A stretch of 64,000 nt of DNA from Ramazzottius varieornatus (taxonomy: Eukaryota > Animalia > Tardigrada), in contig BDGG01000012.1 of NCBI GenBank assembly GCA_001949185.1, forward strand, positions 1,232,973 through 1,296,972, read 5' to 3'. This document shows, in pieces, positions 13,838 through 27,991 of the stretch. Within the stretch, counting starts at the first letter, position 1, and every line of letters starts with the position of its first letter. The notes beneath the pieces are model-generated. The model searched no databases and was not told the origin of the DNA. It worked only from the letters and a program-made list of their open reading frames with translations. The position numbers were made by a program, and so were the translations under genes.

Positions 13838-15451
13838 CTACTTAGCCTTGGTCGTTGCTTTCGCTGGAGGGTCTTGCTTCTTGGTCGTCGTCGCGGCCTT
13901 TTTGTTGGGGGACTTCGACTTCTCCCCCGAGGACTTCTTCTTCGTCACACCAGATTTCTTGGTTCCTTCACCAGCCTTCTTGGTATCGGCAGGCTTTTCT
14001 GGTCGCTTAGTTGCCTTTTCGGTCTTAGCTGCAAAACAAAATTTATCATTCAACTTGTGGTAATACAGAGTTAAGTACAATTTCCACCGAAGTAACTTCA
14101 AACTTTAGATCGTCAGACTCTACGCAGGTTAAAAACTTACCGTTGGTGGTAGCATCTCCACTTGCCTTCTTGGCCACCGTCTTCGAGCTGGTGGCTTTGG
14201 AGTCACCCGACTTGGAAGAGGGAGCCTTGGCTTTGGCAGCCGTTCGAGCAGGAGAAGAGTCCTGCTCGTTCTCATCTTGCGAGCCACCTTCCTCCTTCTT
14301 CTTGCCGCCACCACCACCACCACTTGCCTTCTTGTCCCTGGCGTGATCCGAATTGATACGGAACGATCCCGTCGCTCCACCTCCAGTGGTGTTCTTCAGC
14401 TCACCGGCGTCACTTGCCTTCTTCAAAGCAGCCTTCAGCAGCTTGTGGACGCGGTTGGTATCGGTGCCCAAATCGTAGTTGCTAAAAAACAGCAAATCAA
14501 GTACACAGGAAATTAACCTCCAACAACGAAACATAAAGCCATCTTCTGGTTTACTTACGTCGTTATGTACTTCTGGATGGCCTGAAGCGACGATCCCTTC
14601 CTGTTCTTAGCATCTTCGATGGCCTTGATGATCATCACCTTGTAGGGTGGATGGCTACCTTTGGCCTTCGGTTCCTTGGCGGTACCGGACTTAGAGCCAG
14701 TGGTGGCGGTGGCAGACGACTTTCCACCCTTGTTGGCGTGCTTCTGTTCCTCTTCTTCTTCGTCCTCCTCCTCCTCCTCCTTCTCCTCCTCCTCATCATC
14801 ATCTTCCTCAGCTTTCTTGGAGGTAGTAGCTGCAGTAGCTTTGGCCGAAGCTCCACGAGTGGTCCGTGACGCAGCGGGGCTCGACTTGTTCTCGGTAGAG
14901 TCGGCCTCTTTCTGGGTGGCAGGGGACTTGTTGTCCTTGGTAGTCCCCTTCTTCTCGTCCTTCTCCTCATCCTGGGACTGATTGTCCTCGTTCTTCTTGG
15001 AAGCTGCAGCTCCCTTCTTACCCCCCTTCTTTGAGCCGGCTTTGGACGTTCCAGCTGCCGTAGAAGCTTCACCAGAAGCCGAAGCCGACTTCGTGGGGGA
15101 CTTGGCATCTTTGGTGGTGGCAGTCTCGTCTGACTCTGTCTCTCTGGCGATGGACTTCGTACTTGCATCTTCCCCATCCTCCTGACTTTCCTCTTTCTTC
15201 TTGGAGGCAGCTGCTACACCAGTCTTGGCGCCTTTCTTGGCAGGAGCTCGAGGTCCATTGGAGGAGGCAGCATCGCCACTGCCATAAGCCGGCGCGTTGT
15301 CCTTAGCAGATCCGGTGTCTTTGGTTTTGTTGCCATCTTTTGTGGCCTCCTGCTGTTGATCTTCATCGTCCTCACTGTCATCCAGCTTCTTGAAAGGGGC
15401 TGCAGCTGCCCGTTTCGTTCCTCTAGTTGCTCGACCATCTTGTGCCGACAT
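13838..15451 (-). CDS. Linker histone H1/H5-family variant with a very long disordered, partly acidic N-terminal tail (3 exons, ~480 aa)
   Basis: Globular domain HPPYKVMIIKAIEDAKNRKGSSLQAIQKYITT|NYDLG...LKAALKK...GGGATGSFRI and a K/A/T/S-rich C-tail. Exons 15451-14559, 14481-14141 and 14028-13838. Confidence 0.9.
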
Positions 15452-16542
15452 GATTACTTTGGTACGGAAAAGCTGACGACTGTAAAGCTGTCAGGGAACG
15501 TAGAGACGATCCTCTGCGACAGGTAAGACAAGGGAATATCCTAAACGGAAAGAGTGTTAAAAATTACAACACTGGAAAGAAACTTCCCGCGAGAATGCTC
15601 AAACTTTGAGGAAGGAAGAGAGGTTGAGAATTCGAGATCGGAATTTCGTAAACAGAAAAGGCCCCAAAGCTGATGGGTAATCAGGGCAGAAACAGGGAGA
15701 AAACGGCATGCGCCAACTAATCGTCCAATAAAGAGCTTCGGACAGTACGGAATTGCGATCCATTAATCGCAGACCCGCCTACCCGAACAATTTATGGCGC
15801 GGTTTCTGTTTTGTATTGCGGTCGCAGAATCCATTTTCCACAGGCCCGCATCAAAAACTTTTCATATTCGTAACTTAAGTATCCTGTTCTTCTGAGATCT
15901 TTCTGGCGTAGAAAAATTAGTTAATGAATTTCTCTGTGTACGAGCTCAGAGACTGTGCAGAGAAGGTAACGTATCCCTTTGGCGCCACGTCTCGGGTGAA
16001 TGACGAAATGTCTAACGCCTGACCAGATATTGGATAGATAAATCACGAAATCGGTCATTTAGTTTGACAGCAGTTTGATCTACACACTTCCCAAAACCCT
16101 CCATGGAGCATTCGAGACCCACGTGAAATAAAAGTCACGGTGAACTGAGGGAGATTAAATGACCACGAAGAATGCAGGACAGAAAGACAGCAATGCTGCG
16201 AATGAGGCAAGCTCAAGTCGACCGAATCAAAGGAGCTCGTATGATCGAAAGTTTCCGTTCCGCTAATTTTTATTAATATAAACAAATGTCCATGAAACAC
16301 GACCAAAAGCAGTGATGGCGACATATCCAGTAATCTAGCAACTTCAACAATAATTTAAGGTTATTGCGGGTAATACGGTGTAACCGAGAAGTTTGACTGT
16401 GGACTTTGAGCTACCGCTTTAGGAGACATCCATCAGGATACACGGGAAAACCACACCCCACAGCATCACAGAACAAACGATGTAGATCTTTGCAATTTGC
16501 ATACCCAGCTGCGTCAAAAGATACAAACTATGAGGCGCACAC

Positions 16543-19500
16543 CTAAGAAGCTCCCTTCGGAGACGCAGACTCTGGAGGCGTCGATGGGGGCATACTTGAC
16601 GTGCTTAATGAGGAGCCTGACGACGAGCCCGATGCTGCGCCCGAGGCGATCAGGGCTTCTGGTAGGATCTCCGGCTGGAACGAATCCACCCTCTCATCCA
16701 GCTGCTTCTCCCAGTCACGCAGTAGCTGCACTATTCTATCATGACCGAACGACTTCGCGTCATCTTCTGGCGACCTTCCCCACCTGCAAGAAAGCCCAAC
16801 AATAAAATGAGAAACTCATGAACCTAACAGCATACACAGGTTTTGAGGTTTAGAACAGGTTTCAAGTGGTTTTGGATTTTCCTATGTGTGTTGTAGCGAT
16901 GTCACCCCACCCTGGCGATGTGTCCAGAGTATCAAATCGTCCGCTTACCGATCTCGAGGGTTATGTACGACGTTGCAACGTTCCAAGAGGAAACGGACTA
17001 TTTCTTCGTGCCCTTCGGAAGCGGCGAGATGAAGAGCTGTTCGACCATCATAGTCTGCTTGATTCATATCGAGGCCTTTCAGGTATAACCTGGAAGATGA
17101 CACAGCCCTGAGTGGACCATCCACTTGCATTGACAGATCAGATCTACCGTAATGACGTACCTTCTCATTGCCACGAGGTCGCCGGATGCAGCACTGAACA
17201 GTAGCGACACAACGCTAAGTCCCTTTGCCTCGCTCTTCTGTGCCCGGGGATCCGTTTTCTTCTTTGACTTTCGGACATTGTCAAAATTGTGGAAGTTGAA
17301 TCGCTGCACAAGTTCCTGATAGAACGAGTAACTGTTCATCAGTAATCTATATTCGCTTAGAAAGATACGGAAATCTTCCAAGTAGTCTTACTTTGCAGAA
17401 CTGGACGCCTCGAACACTATTTCCATACAAGTCGAGCGGTGGAGACCAGACACAGAGACCTATGATCACACTCAACATAAACCTGCTGCAAGTCCTGGTT
17501 CATTAAAGTACTGTACGATGTCGAAAAAAGCTGGATAGGAAACATACCGAGAACGTTGGGTATAACAACCATTATTGCACCGGATACACCAGACTTGGCA
17601 GGAAGTCCCACGCGAAATGCAAATTGCCCGGAATAATCATACCTGGAATGAACACATCGATATTGGCGCCACAAAACCATCAGAGGTACCAACACAAAAA
17701 GCCCAATCAAGACCGCAAGGCAAAACGGCTGCAGGAGGTCCACTTACATCCCGCACGAGTACATCAGGGATAAACAGTCGCGAACCGAGGAGTTTTTCAC
17801 AAGCCGCTCTCCTGTTATGGGACATTTGCCACCATGTGCCAATGTGGCGGCAATAACTGCCGCCGAATCACAGTTCACCTCAACGGAACACAACTGCAAC
17901 AGAGCTGTGTTAACACTGGCGCAGAACCACATCGGTCCCAGAGCGGAATTTACCATCTCATACACTCTAATACGTACTTGGAAGTAAAAGTCTAGAATTT
18001 CCACGAGATTAGTCGCGCCTTCGGGGAAGCACTTATGCTCTCTCATGTAATATCCCAGCGCGTAATTGCGATCAGCAGTTTCTCGTTCTGAAAGGAACCT
18101 ACAAAACCATCTCATCCTACTTTGATGATCGACAAGGACAGATGTACTTATCACTGGACAACCCATAACATAAGTCTGCCACCTACGTTGCATTACTGAA
18201 TCCAACCATTTCACCACCGGCCATTCTCTGGATATTCTTCAGGACCTACAGAAAAAAAAATTTGGATAAAGTCAGGAAGCTGTTAATCGGTCAGCCTAAG
18301 TGGTGATGGGTTCAGAGTCGCTTACGTAGTCAAATCGATCGGCCAAGCTGGATTGCCGCTAAAAACCAGACAGAAGACAAGAATTCTCCCACGTTGATTC
18401 GTTTTGCCGCCGGAAGCACTTATACGGTAGTGTGTGCCTGTTCGCACCTACTGTACCTTCAGAAGCGATGTCACGATGATCGCGCCCGCGTTGATCATAG
18501 GGTTGTGCGGCTTTCCTGTGAGCAGAACAACATCACGTTCAATCATCAACGAGTCTTCCAAAGTTATTGCCTCACAATACTGTAGTAAAATTACCCACGT
18601 GCACGAGCATTAACGTGATCGAAAAGAGAAACCGCTGTAGGAGTAGGTACGTACGGTTATGGTCTAAGACCAGTTCGTTGAAGATCCGACCGCTAGGTTC
18701 CTGACCCACATACTGATGCGTTATATCTGGTCCCAGTTCTGCAAGAGCACGAAACTTGGTAACAGTCAGGAACCTTGGACAAAATACACTTCGAACTTCA
18801 AAAAATATGGTGTGCCGTACCTTCAAGAGCTAGCAGGTAGCTTAAAGGTTTCGCTGCAATCACAAACAGTCAGTGAATTACTGTTAATATAGTCTTCGCG
18901 GCATGAACAGAAACTTTGAGGCAAAATTACAGCAGGACTGAAGGCAGAAGGGAATGTCGGTATTTCCAATCGAATATCTATAATAAAGGATCAGTCTTTA
19001 CCCGAACAGAGTCGACAAACAAAAATGAAACGTAACCTTGAACGTGATCATAATACTTACCTTTGCCCATCTACCGTGCATACACTGACTCCGAAGTAAT
19101 CAGGACTACGGATGAAAGTAGAGATGGTGTATGGAAGATCCAGTTACCACAAATGTCTCCTCGCTCAGCGTACCTGTATCGAGCTAGCTGTGGAATATAG
19201 GACGCTACTTTTCCCTCTTTATTCGACCTTGCTTGCCAGTAGATCTCGTCAATACTATCGCAGAACTCCCGCCATTCCGGAATGATGAAGTTATTAAGGA
19301 AAGCCCGGCTTATTAATAGCAGATCCTCTCGAATGCATCTGCAAATCAGGAAGACAGGTTCATTTTTTATTCTTACGTAAACATGTCAATGTGGATACGA
19401 GGAAGAGTGTACAAAGCGGGACTGATCTCTGCGTCACAAGATTATTAAAAAACATTGCATCACATGTCACATGAAGTCCTGAAGCCATCCCGGAAATTTA

Positions 19501-21006
19501 TCCGGGATGACTCTATGGCCTTTTGTTCCCTCAAACCCATTGCTTTTCTCCTTTTTCACAGTTGCCGTGAAAAGTGCTTTCTGCTACGTCAGGGCAATAT
19601 GATAGCCTTATCGAGCGTCGCCTCGGAGGGAACACTATAAAACACATTACTGAATGACACGTTCCTCCTCTCCCGGCTTTTCTCCCCTTCTCTGTGTCAA
19701 CTACATCACGATGAGCGCGGGGCAATGATTACTTATTGGCACTATGCAGCGCTCGAGTTCGCAAAGTGCAGACCAAAGCGTCTGTCCTGTCACTTGGGCA
19801 GCCTTGATGGATGCTCAAATCTGATTAAAACATTCAACGCCAAAGACAAATCAGATGCCATTAGACAAATAAACCTTACGCTGAGAAGGTCTCTCGGTCC
19901 ACAGTAAGCGCCGCGTACGAGTCCGTTCCTTCGCTTGATATTTGCTGAGCGTTGGCGACGTGACGGAAAAAGTCCTCTAGCCGCGGATCCTTCTTCCGCA
20001 ACCCAGTGTGCAGCAGAGTCTGCGAACAAAAACGCAATGAAAACCACATTTGGCGTCAACTTGCCGAACCAACGCTGAGACGCTTCAAGAACTTTCGGCA
20101 AATACGTCACAGAACAAGTTACCGCCTAAAGTAGCGCATGACGTAGTGCGCAAGTTTATGGAACATAGCCTGTACAGAGCCTTCTGTGATTGATTGGAGA
20201 CGGAAGTTGATCGGTGAGAAGAGCTTACCTGAACAAATTTCCCAAGGGGAACGCGACCATCCTCATTCTTGAACACATCAAACAAGAGATCCTCGATATT
20301 CTTAACATCCGCGCTGCTGCCAGCTACCATATCTGGTGGAAGAGCGCTGGGAATGAGATAAGGAATTCTAGAAACAGAAAGATAAATGGTTAGTCACACT
20401 GGATGGTTTCTTCAGAGTACTCTTCTCACTCTTTCGCATGGTCTCCTTCGCGTTCGAGATACGCATCGTCGGGGTCTGATAGCTGGTATGAATATGCTGC
20501 AACCTGCTTTCCCACTTTCTGAGAAGCATACCTTTCGCGACGAGTCTGAATCTTCCCCGAGGAAGGGAGAGTCAAGCCCGAACTGCACTTGGGAGAAACG
20601 GTCGTCAAAGCACTCTTCCATCTCAAAGCAGCTTTACGAACGGCACTGAGGGATAAAACTTTGTGCCTTCGACTAAATTCTTTTGCCGCAAACGTTACAC
20701 CCCTCGAACAACGAAACATTCTCGACAAACTCAGGCTAATTCCGATTTCAAGCTGAACGAAAACAAAAGAAAGTTCTGAACTGCTTCCTTTACGTAAGTC
20801 GCGCTGTGAGATCTGACGCGTTCGAAGTCACACCGATACAAAGCCCGCCTCGTATATCTGTCTTTTGGCTCATGTACCACATCAGCCTGTAGTAAACAAA
20901 AATAGTTATGCCGGAAAATTATAACTTTATGACGTCTAATCATAAATAATAAGCACGTGGATGTCGCTGTACGCCGACATACATACCCGAAATCTTCAAG
21001 GTGCAT
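16543..21006 (-). CDS. GLS: Glutaminase (GLS type) with C-terminal ankyrin repeats; 5' exons uncertain
   Basis: [13 protein letters not shown], catalytic [46 protein letters not shown] and ankyrin [16 protein letters not shown]. Confidence 0.95.
19380..19860 (-). ncRNA. Candidate structured intronic RNA in the ~530-nt GLS intron
   Basis: Stems 19482-19494/19501-19513 (13 bp with G-U on the minus strand), 19524-19532/19626-19634 and a hairpin at 19553-19573. Confidence 0.35.
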
Positions 21007-22096
21007 GAATTCCACGTCGAAGCGATGATCCTTTAAGCAGGTACATTTTCCCGTTCAGATGAGGCGTATTCAAAATAAGGATCCAGAGTTCAACAGAGGA
21101 AGGATTCAACAGAGGAAGGAATTCTGACTTGGTGAATGAACTTTACGTCTGGCAATGAAGAGTCCGCAATCAACTTTATCCCAAATCTGGAAAAATATCC
21201 GTTGATTTTTGATTGGCCGCATTTGAAAGAATCTATCAGAAATTTGATCGATTTCATTCATTTTGGCGGATTGAACCGGAAATAGAACAAAAGCTCCACC
21301 CGACTAGTTCGAAACAGTGCCACTTAGCGTTGTTCTGATCTTCAAACCCGATGTCAAGATAATATCCGGTGAGCAAAATTTTTAAATTTCGTTAAGTTCG
21401 GCGGCGACGAAAATATATATGGGTTGCGCAACGGTCGCTGCAACGAGGAAGATAAGCTCGCGATTACCAGAATGATCTTGTACCCCGCAGTAGGTCTGTG
21501 AGGCGTATAAACGCGATCGTCGTATAAAGCCTTGGAAACTGCTCAATAAGCAATCTTTGTTATAGACTGCCAGAGAAGCGCGAAGGCATCCGAGTGGTAT
21601 CCCGAAGAGGAGGTGAACGGATTAGTCATGAAGTCTATCAGTCCCTTCTGAATGATGGGAGTGGTTCGCGCTTTTCACGAACCCACACAGACTTGCCGCG
21701 AACCCTGTACATCGCGCTCACGTCAGTGTGTTACTCGTATTAGCCCAGTGACAACATGCGTCAGCATAGCCGTCAGTGAAAAGTAAACAAAAGCCGCCGG
21801 AAGCGCATATCCAACCAGCGTTTATCGTCAGCGCAAACTCGAACAGGAGATAACTTATTATCGTCCATTACCATAAGAGTCACAGAAAAAAAGCGGTCAC
21901 GGGATAAAACGAGAAATCAAGCTTAGAAATCTGTCACCTCGAACAGCAGGAAATCAACCCTCATGGAATCACAGCTGGCAAGAAAGTCTTGAAAGTCTCG
22001 TAAAACTGCAAGCAAGAAAAACTCTGAATGAGAATACAAATGAGGGACGGAAAAAGAGCATTCAGAAAAACTACCGGGCAAGACTATTAGCCCGTA

Positions 22097-24886
22097 TTAC
22101 ACAGAAGCTGTTATGGCCGGAATTGCTTTCTGACTTTCAGCATGAATGTTTGGATAGACCTCGGCGTCAGTGACGTCAAGAGCTTGTGACCGCGTTCCAT
22201 ATCCCGCGGTGTATGAGGAGCTCTCCACGATGCTACTGCTTTCATCCGCCTCGAATGGCATTCTCACCAGTGCCGGACTCGTCAAGGAACTCGTCAGCGG
22301 CCTCGTCAACATTTGACGCTTGGGAGCCACACGCCAGCTGGCCATTGCCGCTTTGCGTGCTCGTGCGGCACTCTCCCGTTGCTTATATCTTATTACTAGA
22401 AGATCGATGAGACAATATAGCCCGAAGAGAATGGCTGCACCAAAACACAATGAGGCCATTACTGTACTGCATACGGGAAACCCGTACATGTCGTCCAGAT
22501 ATCCACCGAGAGCTGGCCCCATCACTTCCCTACGTCGAGTGATTCTGTTATGGCAATATGCTCAGAAAAATGACACGAACACTCACGCGTTCAAGCTCAC
22601 TGAATAGTAAGAGATGTAGAAGAACATACCCCAGGGAATATGCCGATCCCCACACGCCCGAAACCAGTGCGTATGTACCGATGTTTTCGGCCATCCCTGC
22701 TTCCCTGAAACAGAAGTCGTTATACTTGTACGGTTAAAAATAGTTCAGTAAACAATAAATTTAATAATTATAAGTAACGTGCTCGACTTACTCGGAAGCG
22801 AAAAGGAGCGCTTCAAATGTCGGTATCATAGCCAAGCTGCAAGAAATCACCGGAATGACTCAAGGATCTAGCTTCTCTTACGTAGAACGACTGCGGTCAG
22901 ATGATGCTGCTCACTGATTTTCCTAATGTTCGTAACTTCGAAGATTTGTCATGGACGAAAACCTACCTGATGGATGCTCCAAGTACTGCCAAGCAGACCA
23001 AATTGATCCACAGAGCGCTGTAGAAAATAATTTTCGTGGTCGCTCCGGGGACGATTACAGTGTCACAAAACCAAACAACTGTTGACTTACTTGTCGATAC
23101 CCAACGATTTCCCAATGAGCGGGGAAGGTCCTAGGAAGAGCAGCGCCACGCCGGAGACAAGAAGTCCCACAATCATCAGGCCATCCGTGTTATCTAGCTT
23201 TTCCGTAATCCATCCCCACACTGGGGAACAGATGGCGTAGGTTGCGGAAACAAGTAAGAATACCAGGCCGATCATAGCAGAACTCAAATGAAACTGAAAA
23301 GAAGACACTTCGATTGACGCGTTAAACTCTACTACTGTGCAGATTCTCTTAGCAGACTTAGCTAAGCCTGGATGGCATTCAGATTCCTTACCGGCACAAG
23401 ATGCGGTTGTAACGTGGGATCGAGAAATCCCCACACGCTTGAAATGACTATAATGGTGAAGCAGACGATGTATATCGAGGGCGTACGGAAGAACCTCGAC
23501 TGAGATCCTTTCAGCGGTTTCGTTACGACATCTGCGAAATCAGTCGAGAAGTGTGTAAACCAAGGAGCGAAAGTAAAAACAATGCGTTTCCGTTAAATCT
23601 GGTAGCGACACGCAGCGCACTTACGTTTGTGTTCTGGTAAGAGCCATATGTTCAGCGGTACAACCATTAGCATCAGACCGCCAACAACAAAGAAGGGCAA
23701 GCGGAAACCACCCACGGAGTGCAGAAACCCGCCCAGCGCGGGTCCGATGGTCATGCCTAACCCAACGAACGACTCCAAGGTTCCGAAAACAACTGCGACA
23801 TTCCCGGAAAACTATCACAGTAAACGAACATGAATAAGTTGTAGACTTACTTTGGCACCGAACGAAAAAGAATACCTCGTACGCAAGGATGGTGAAGCTA
23901 GCCGTACAGAATGCTGCAGATAAAGAGGACCATGAACGAAATTCGAGTTCTAGAACGAAGGTAAAGGTTCACCAAATGGGTCAGAGCGGAGAGTTTACCT
24001 CCGGCTCCCAGCCCTTCGACAATACGAATGGCGAAAGCCAACGTGGTAAACATTACAGGATCGTTGATGTCTTCTAGAAACCTGCAAAAGCCACAACGTT
24101 CGAGCGCCACGGAATAAAAGATCTGATGAACAGCATTGGGGAGAACCTGTTCGTTAACGATGGTCCACGTACCCGAAGATGATGTTGCATCCACCAGCAA
24201 CAAAAATGCCCGAAATGAAACAAAACTTCGCTCCAATACGGGGAACCTGGATATCACCGTGAGATAATCGTACCACGCCCAAGCGTATTGATGTCTAAAC
24301 CAATGAAACATTGTGAAGAAAAACTATGATAGAGACTTACTAGTTTGGCGAAGACCGGAGAGCTAACAAAAACAGTCAGTGCATAAACAGCAAACACTCC
24401 ACCGGAGACGGTCTGACTAGCTCCGACAGCAGCAACCTGCAACATCAGACCAGGCGTCATATCAAACTAGAAAGTACGTGGAAGTTCAGTGGATACGGAG
24501 AAACGTACCTTCTCTGGAAAGAAAGGCGCCATGATACTCATACACAGATAAGAAAACATATCGACGATAGCGAGGCATAACAACGTCAGCTTCTCTTCGC
24601 GCGACATCTTCAGCAACGAGAAGGATTCCTCCGTGCTGGTTGACGACTCTGTGGATGCATCGTCCGGAGGATGGAACAGACGGTATCGAATTCCATCGAG
24701 GCTTGGCGCTCTCTCGAGGTTCTGAACAGGTCCAGCGATGGTCGAGCTCCGTCTGAACGAACCGACGCTGACTCCGCTAGTGGCATACCTTGCAGCGCGC
24801 CCCACATTGGACGGCAGTCGACGGGAAGATCTTTGAAAGCTGGGTACTACCCATGACGTCCTAGGCTCCCATATTTCTGAGTCCAT
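22097..24886 (-). CDS. SLC18B1: MFS transporter, SLC18B1-like
   Basis: LLCLAIVDMFSYLCMSIMAPFFP, IRIVEGLGAG, ESFVGLGMTIGPALGGFLHSVGGFRLPFFVVG and MMGPALGGYL. Confidence 0.85.
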
Positions 24887-25963
24887 CTTTCGGGATCTTC
24901 TGGGATGGCCTTGGGCTGGTCGTTAGTCAGCGTCGAGCGACAGCGGAATCTTACGATAGCGAAGATGCTAGTCCACTTCCCCCATCAATAGCTGCCGGTC
25001 TTTCAGTCCAACCTGCATGTCCCACAGGTTCTCCACAGGTCTGCTAGATCCTTGGGACACCTAAAACAGAAGTAATTGCTTTGCCTTTGGAGGACCATGA
25101 AACGATGGCAGGAAAGTTAGAAAACTGATAAGAACAGCTGGTTCGCATTATCACATACGTAATTATATACACTGACAGACAACAAGCATGACTTGACACT
25201 TACGCCTTACGTGTTAGTGTTTCTGTCATGTCATGAACCCATGGTATACCATCCTCGGTTGATTGCTGATTGACTCTGGTCAGCTAAAATAAATCTTCCG
25301 CCGGAAGCTCAAAGCCTCAAACTTATCCCTCGGGCCGCGGAATTTCTTTGTCCAGTTTCTCAAATACACTCAAATATAGTGGCCCACAAGTTCCGCACAA
25401 GAAAATCCGACTGTTCACTGCGATCGCTCCGACCAAGAAGAGTAACGGGGAAATAGCGAGAAGGAGAGTATGCTGGAAGAACGCACATGCACCTCGCCGA
25501 ATGTCAATGGAATTGGATGGATCAGTTACCGGTGAGCCGATCGATGAGGAGCTGAGAGCTGAGAGCCCCGAGGCGAATCTTTGCATTATCATTTTGACAC
25601 TTCGAACCCTTGCGTACCCGGAATACTAATTAGCCTATGCCTTGTTGTCCTTCGATCGAGGCTTGAGCTGATGCGTATCTGTACAAGATAACGGGACTTG
25701 CTCTGAATAGATTAGCAATTTTGTGCTTGGTCATTCTCTATCTCCGTGCGTTCTAAGGAGATCTACCCAGCACAGTACCTGCTCTATAAGCTGAACTTCA
25801 CTCTACAGTCCACTCGAAGTTCGGCTTCACAAGGAGCGAGCTTCATAATCACCGTGCAATCGCTCGGCTTTTGAAAGCCTTCCAAGGTCCCTCCACTGAA
25901 CGTTAACGTTTCAACATCTGGTTTTCACTATTCTAAACTAAGATAGTGCTCGTGATCGTCGCC

Positions 25964-27991
25964 ATGGACCTCGACTGGAGCTTCCTCACCTCCTTTGGGT
26001 TGATGTTGTTTATAGCTGTCGGATATTATTGGAAGAAACATCATGGAATCCCAGATGGACCTCGAGGTAGCCGATGAGGCTTGTAGTGTACTGTATATGG
26101 CTCCCTGCTAGCCTGTACCACGTATCGTTATGCACTTGGGAGTGCATGGTTTCAGACCTGTTGATCCTCCTAGGTTTACCATTTTTGGGGTTCGCCCCGT
26201 TCTTTGGACCTAACCCTCAAGACACTTTCCTCGCTTTGAAGCAGAAATATGGCAAGCTGTTCAGCATGTACATGGGTCGCCAGCTGACCATAGTTCTCAA
26301 TGACTACGAAGCCATCAAAGCAGCCTATGTTGGCCAAGCAGACATCTTCACCGGCCGAGCAAAAGGTTTTGTTTTTGAGTTCATCACACGCGGTGAAGAT
26401 GGCGAAACCCACGGTAATAACCATAATACGGAAACGCTTCAGAAAGAATAAGCAAAACACGTCGAGGAATAAAATCTCTGTTAATTGTTTCAGGTCTAGG
26501 TATGCTGGAAGGCGAGAGATGGAAAAATACGAGACGCTTCATGCTCTCGACATTCCGGGATCTGGGTAAAGCCTTTGTCCTTTGTCCTTCTTCCTTTTCT
26601 TTTGTCTATACTGTCTGGCGAAATGTGCGGGAATGGCGCTTCTAGGCATGGGCAAGGCCCGTATCCAGGATCGTATCCTTCTCGAAGCGGAATGCCTCAA
26701 CGAGACGATAGCGCAGAGTAATGGCGAGCCGTACGACCCGTTTTCCGCTTTGTCCGCCGCGGTAGCCAATGTTATCTGCACGTTGTGTTGGGGTAGACGC
26801 TACGATGCGAGCGATAAGGTCTTCCAACAGATCCTAGTCAACAACGGGGTTGTGGCAGAGTACCTCGCTCAAGCCGGTCCTCTACTTTCCTACCCGGTCC
26901 TCCGCTTTGTACCTGGGAAACTGAAACAAGGCTGGGAGAGGTTCGTGGAAGTAATACGAAGTACCAAGGCTTTTCAGAAAGCCATTATAGAGGAACACAA
27001 GAAAGAATACCAAGGTGATGAGCCGCGAGATTATATTGACGCGTTTTTCAAGCAACAGCGGAAAGTAGGAACGGAGGAGGAGAACAGAATTTTCAGAGGT
27101 TGGTCGAGTACAAAACGTGACAGCCCACAGTACCTCACCATTTTATACAGAAGGTGCTCCTTGAATGGTCACGTGCCGTCGTTTCTAGATATCGAACTCG
27201 AGACGAACATTCGTGGTTTCTTCGGTGCGGGAACCGAGACTACGACAGTCACGCTTTACTGGGCGATGTTGTACATGGCACATTACTCGGATATCCAGAA
27301 GAAAATACAGCGGGAAATTGACGGAGCGCTCGACGCCGGAAGATCGGTCACTGTCGAGGATCGAGGTGAGAGGTCACCGCGCTTATCTGGCTAAAGCTCA
27401 AATGAAAGGTGTAGCTGTATGGATTTACAATACTTTCTTGGTGATGAACAAAGATGATGCTTTGCAGCGAATCTTCCTTATATGGAAGCGGTCTGTCGAG
27501 AAATACAACGGTGCGCCAATGTGACACCCTTTGGAGTTCTACGCGCAAACACGGAAGAAACAACTCTGATGGGTTACCGCATCCCGAAGAGATGCTTCAT
27601 CATGCCCAACTTCTTGGCGGTCAACCGTGATCCGAAGTTGTGGGAAGAACCCAACGAATTTCGACCTGAGCGGTTCTTGGACAAGAGCGGAAAACTGTTT
27701 GAACCTCCCTACTTCATGCCATTCTCCATCGGTACATTCACAAGTCTATCTCAGAAAATGTATATTCAAAAAGTACACCCCGTAATTTTCTTGCTATGTA
27801 TAGGGAAGCGAGCATGCGTCGGGGAATCCCTTGCCCGGATGGAAATCTTCCTAATGTTTGCCAACGTACTTCAGCGCTTCGATATTTACCCAGACGCGTC
27901 CTTCCCACTTCCATCTGTGGACTCTTATACCACTAGCATCTCGTGTCGACCTCTTCCATACAAAGTGCGTTTCTGCCCAAGAAACCAATAG
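25964..27991 (+). CDS. Cytochrome P450, CYP2 clan, multi-exon
   Basis: N-terminal transmembrane segment plus PDGPRGLPFLG hinge, I-helix FGAGTETT, ExxR (EIQR), PERF motif and heme loop PFSIGKRACVG. Confidence 0.95.

Noticed and set aside
13838-15451. Identification as Dsup
   Set aside because: Similarity is compositional only; the protein has a genuine H1 globular domain, which Dsup lacks
19528-19545. aaacccat as a possible telomerase template
   Set aside because: Antisense to the host intron, under 1.5 repeats, and the telomere repeat of this organism is unknown
21089-21120. 16-bp direct duplication ttcaacagaggaagga x2
   Set aside because: Only two copies; an ordinary slippage duplication
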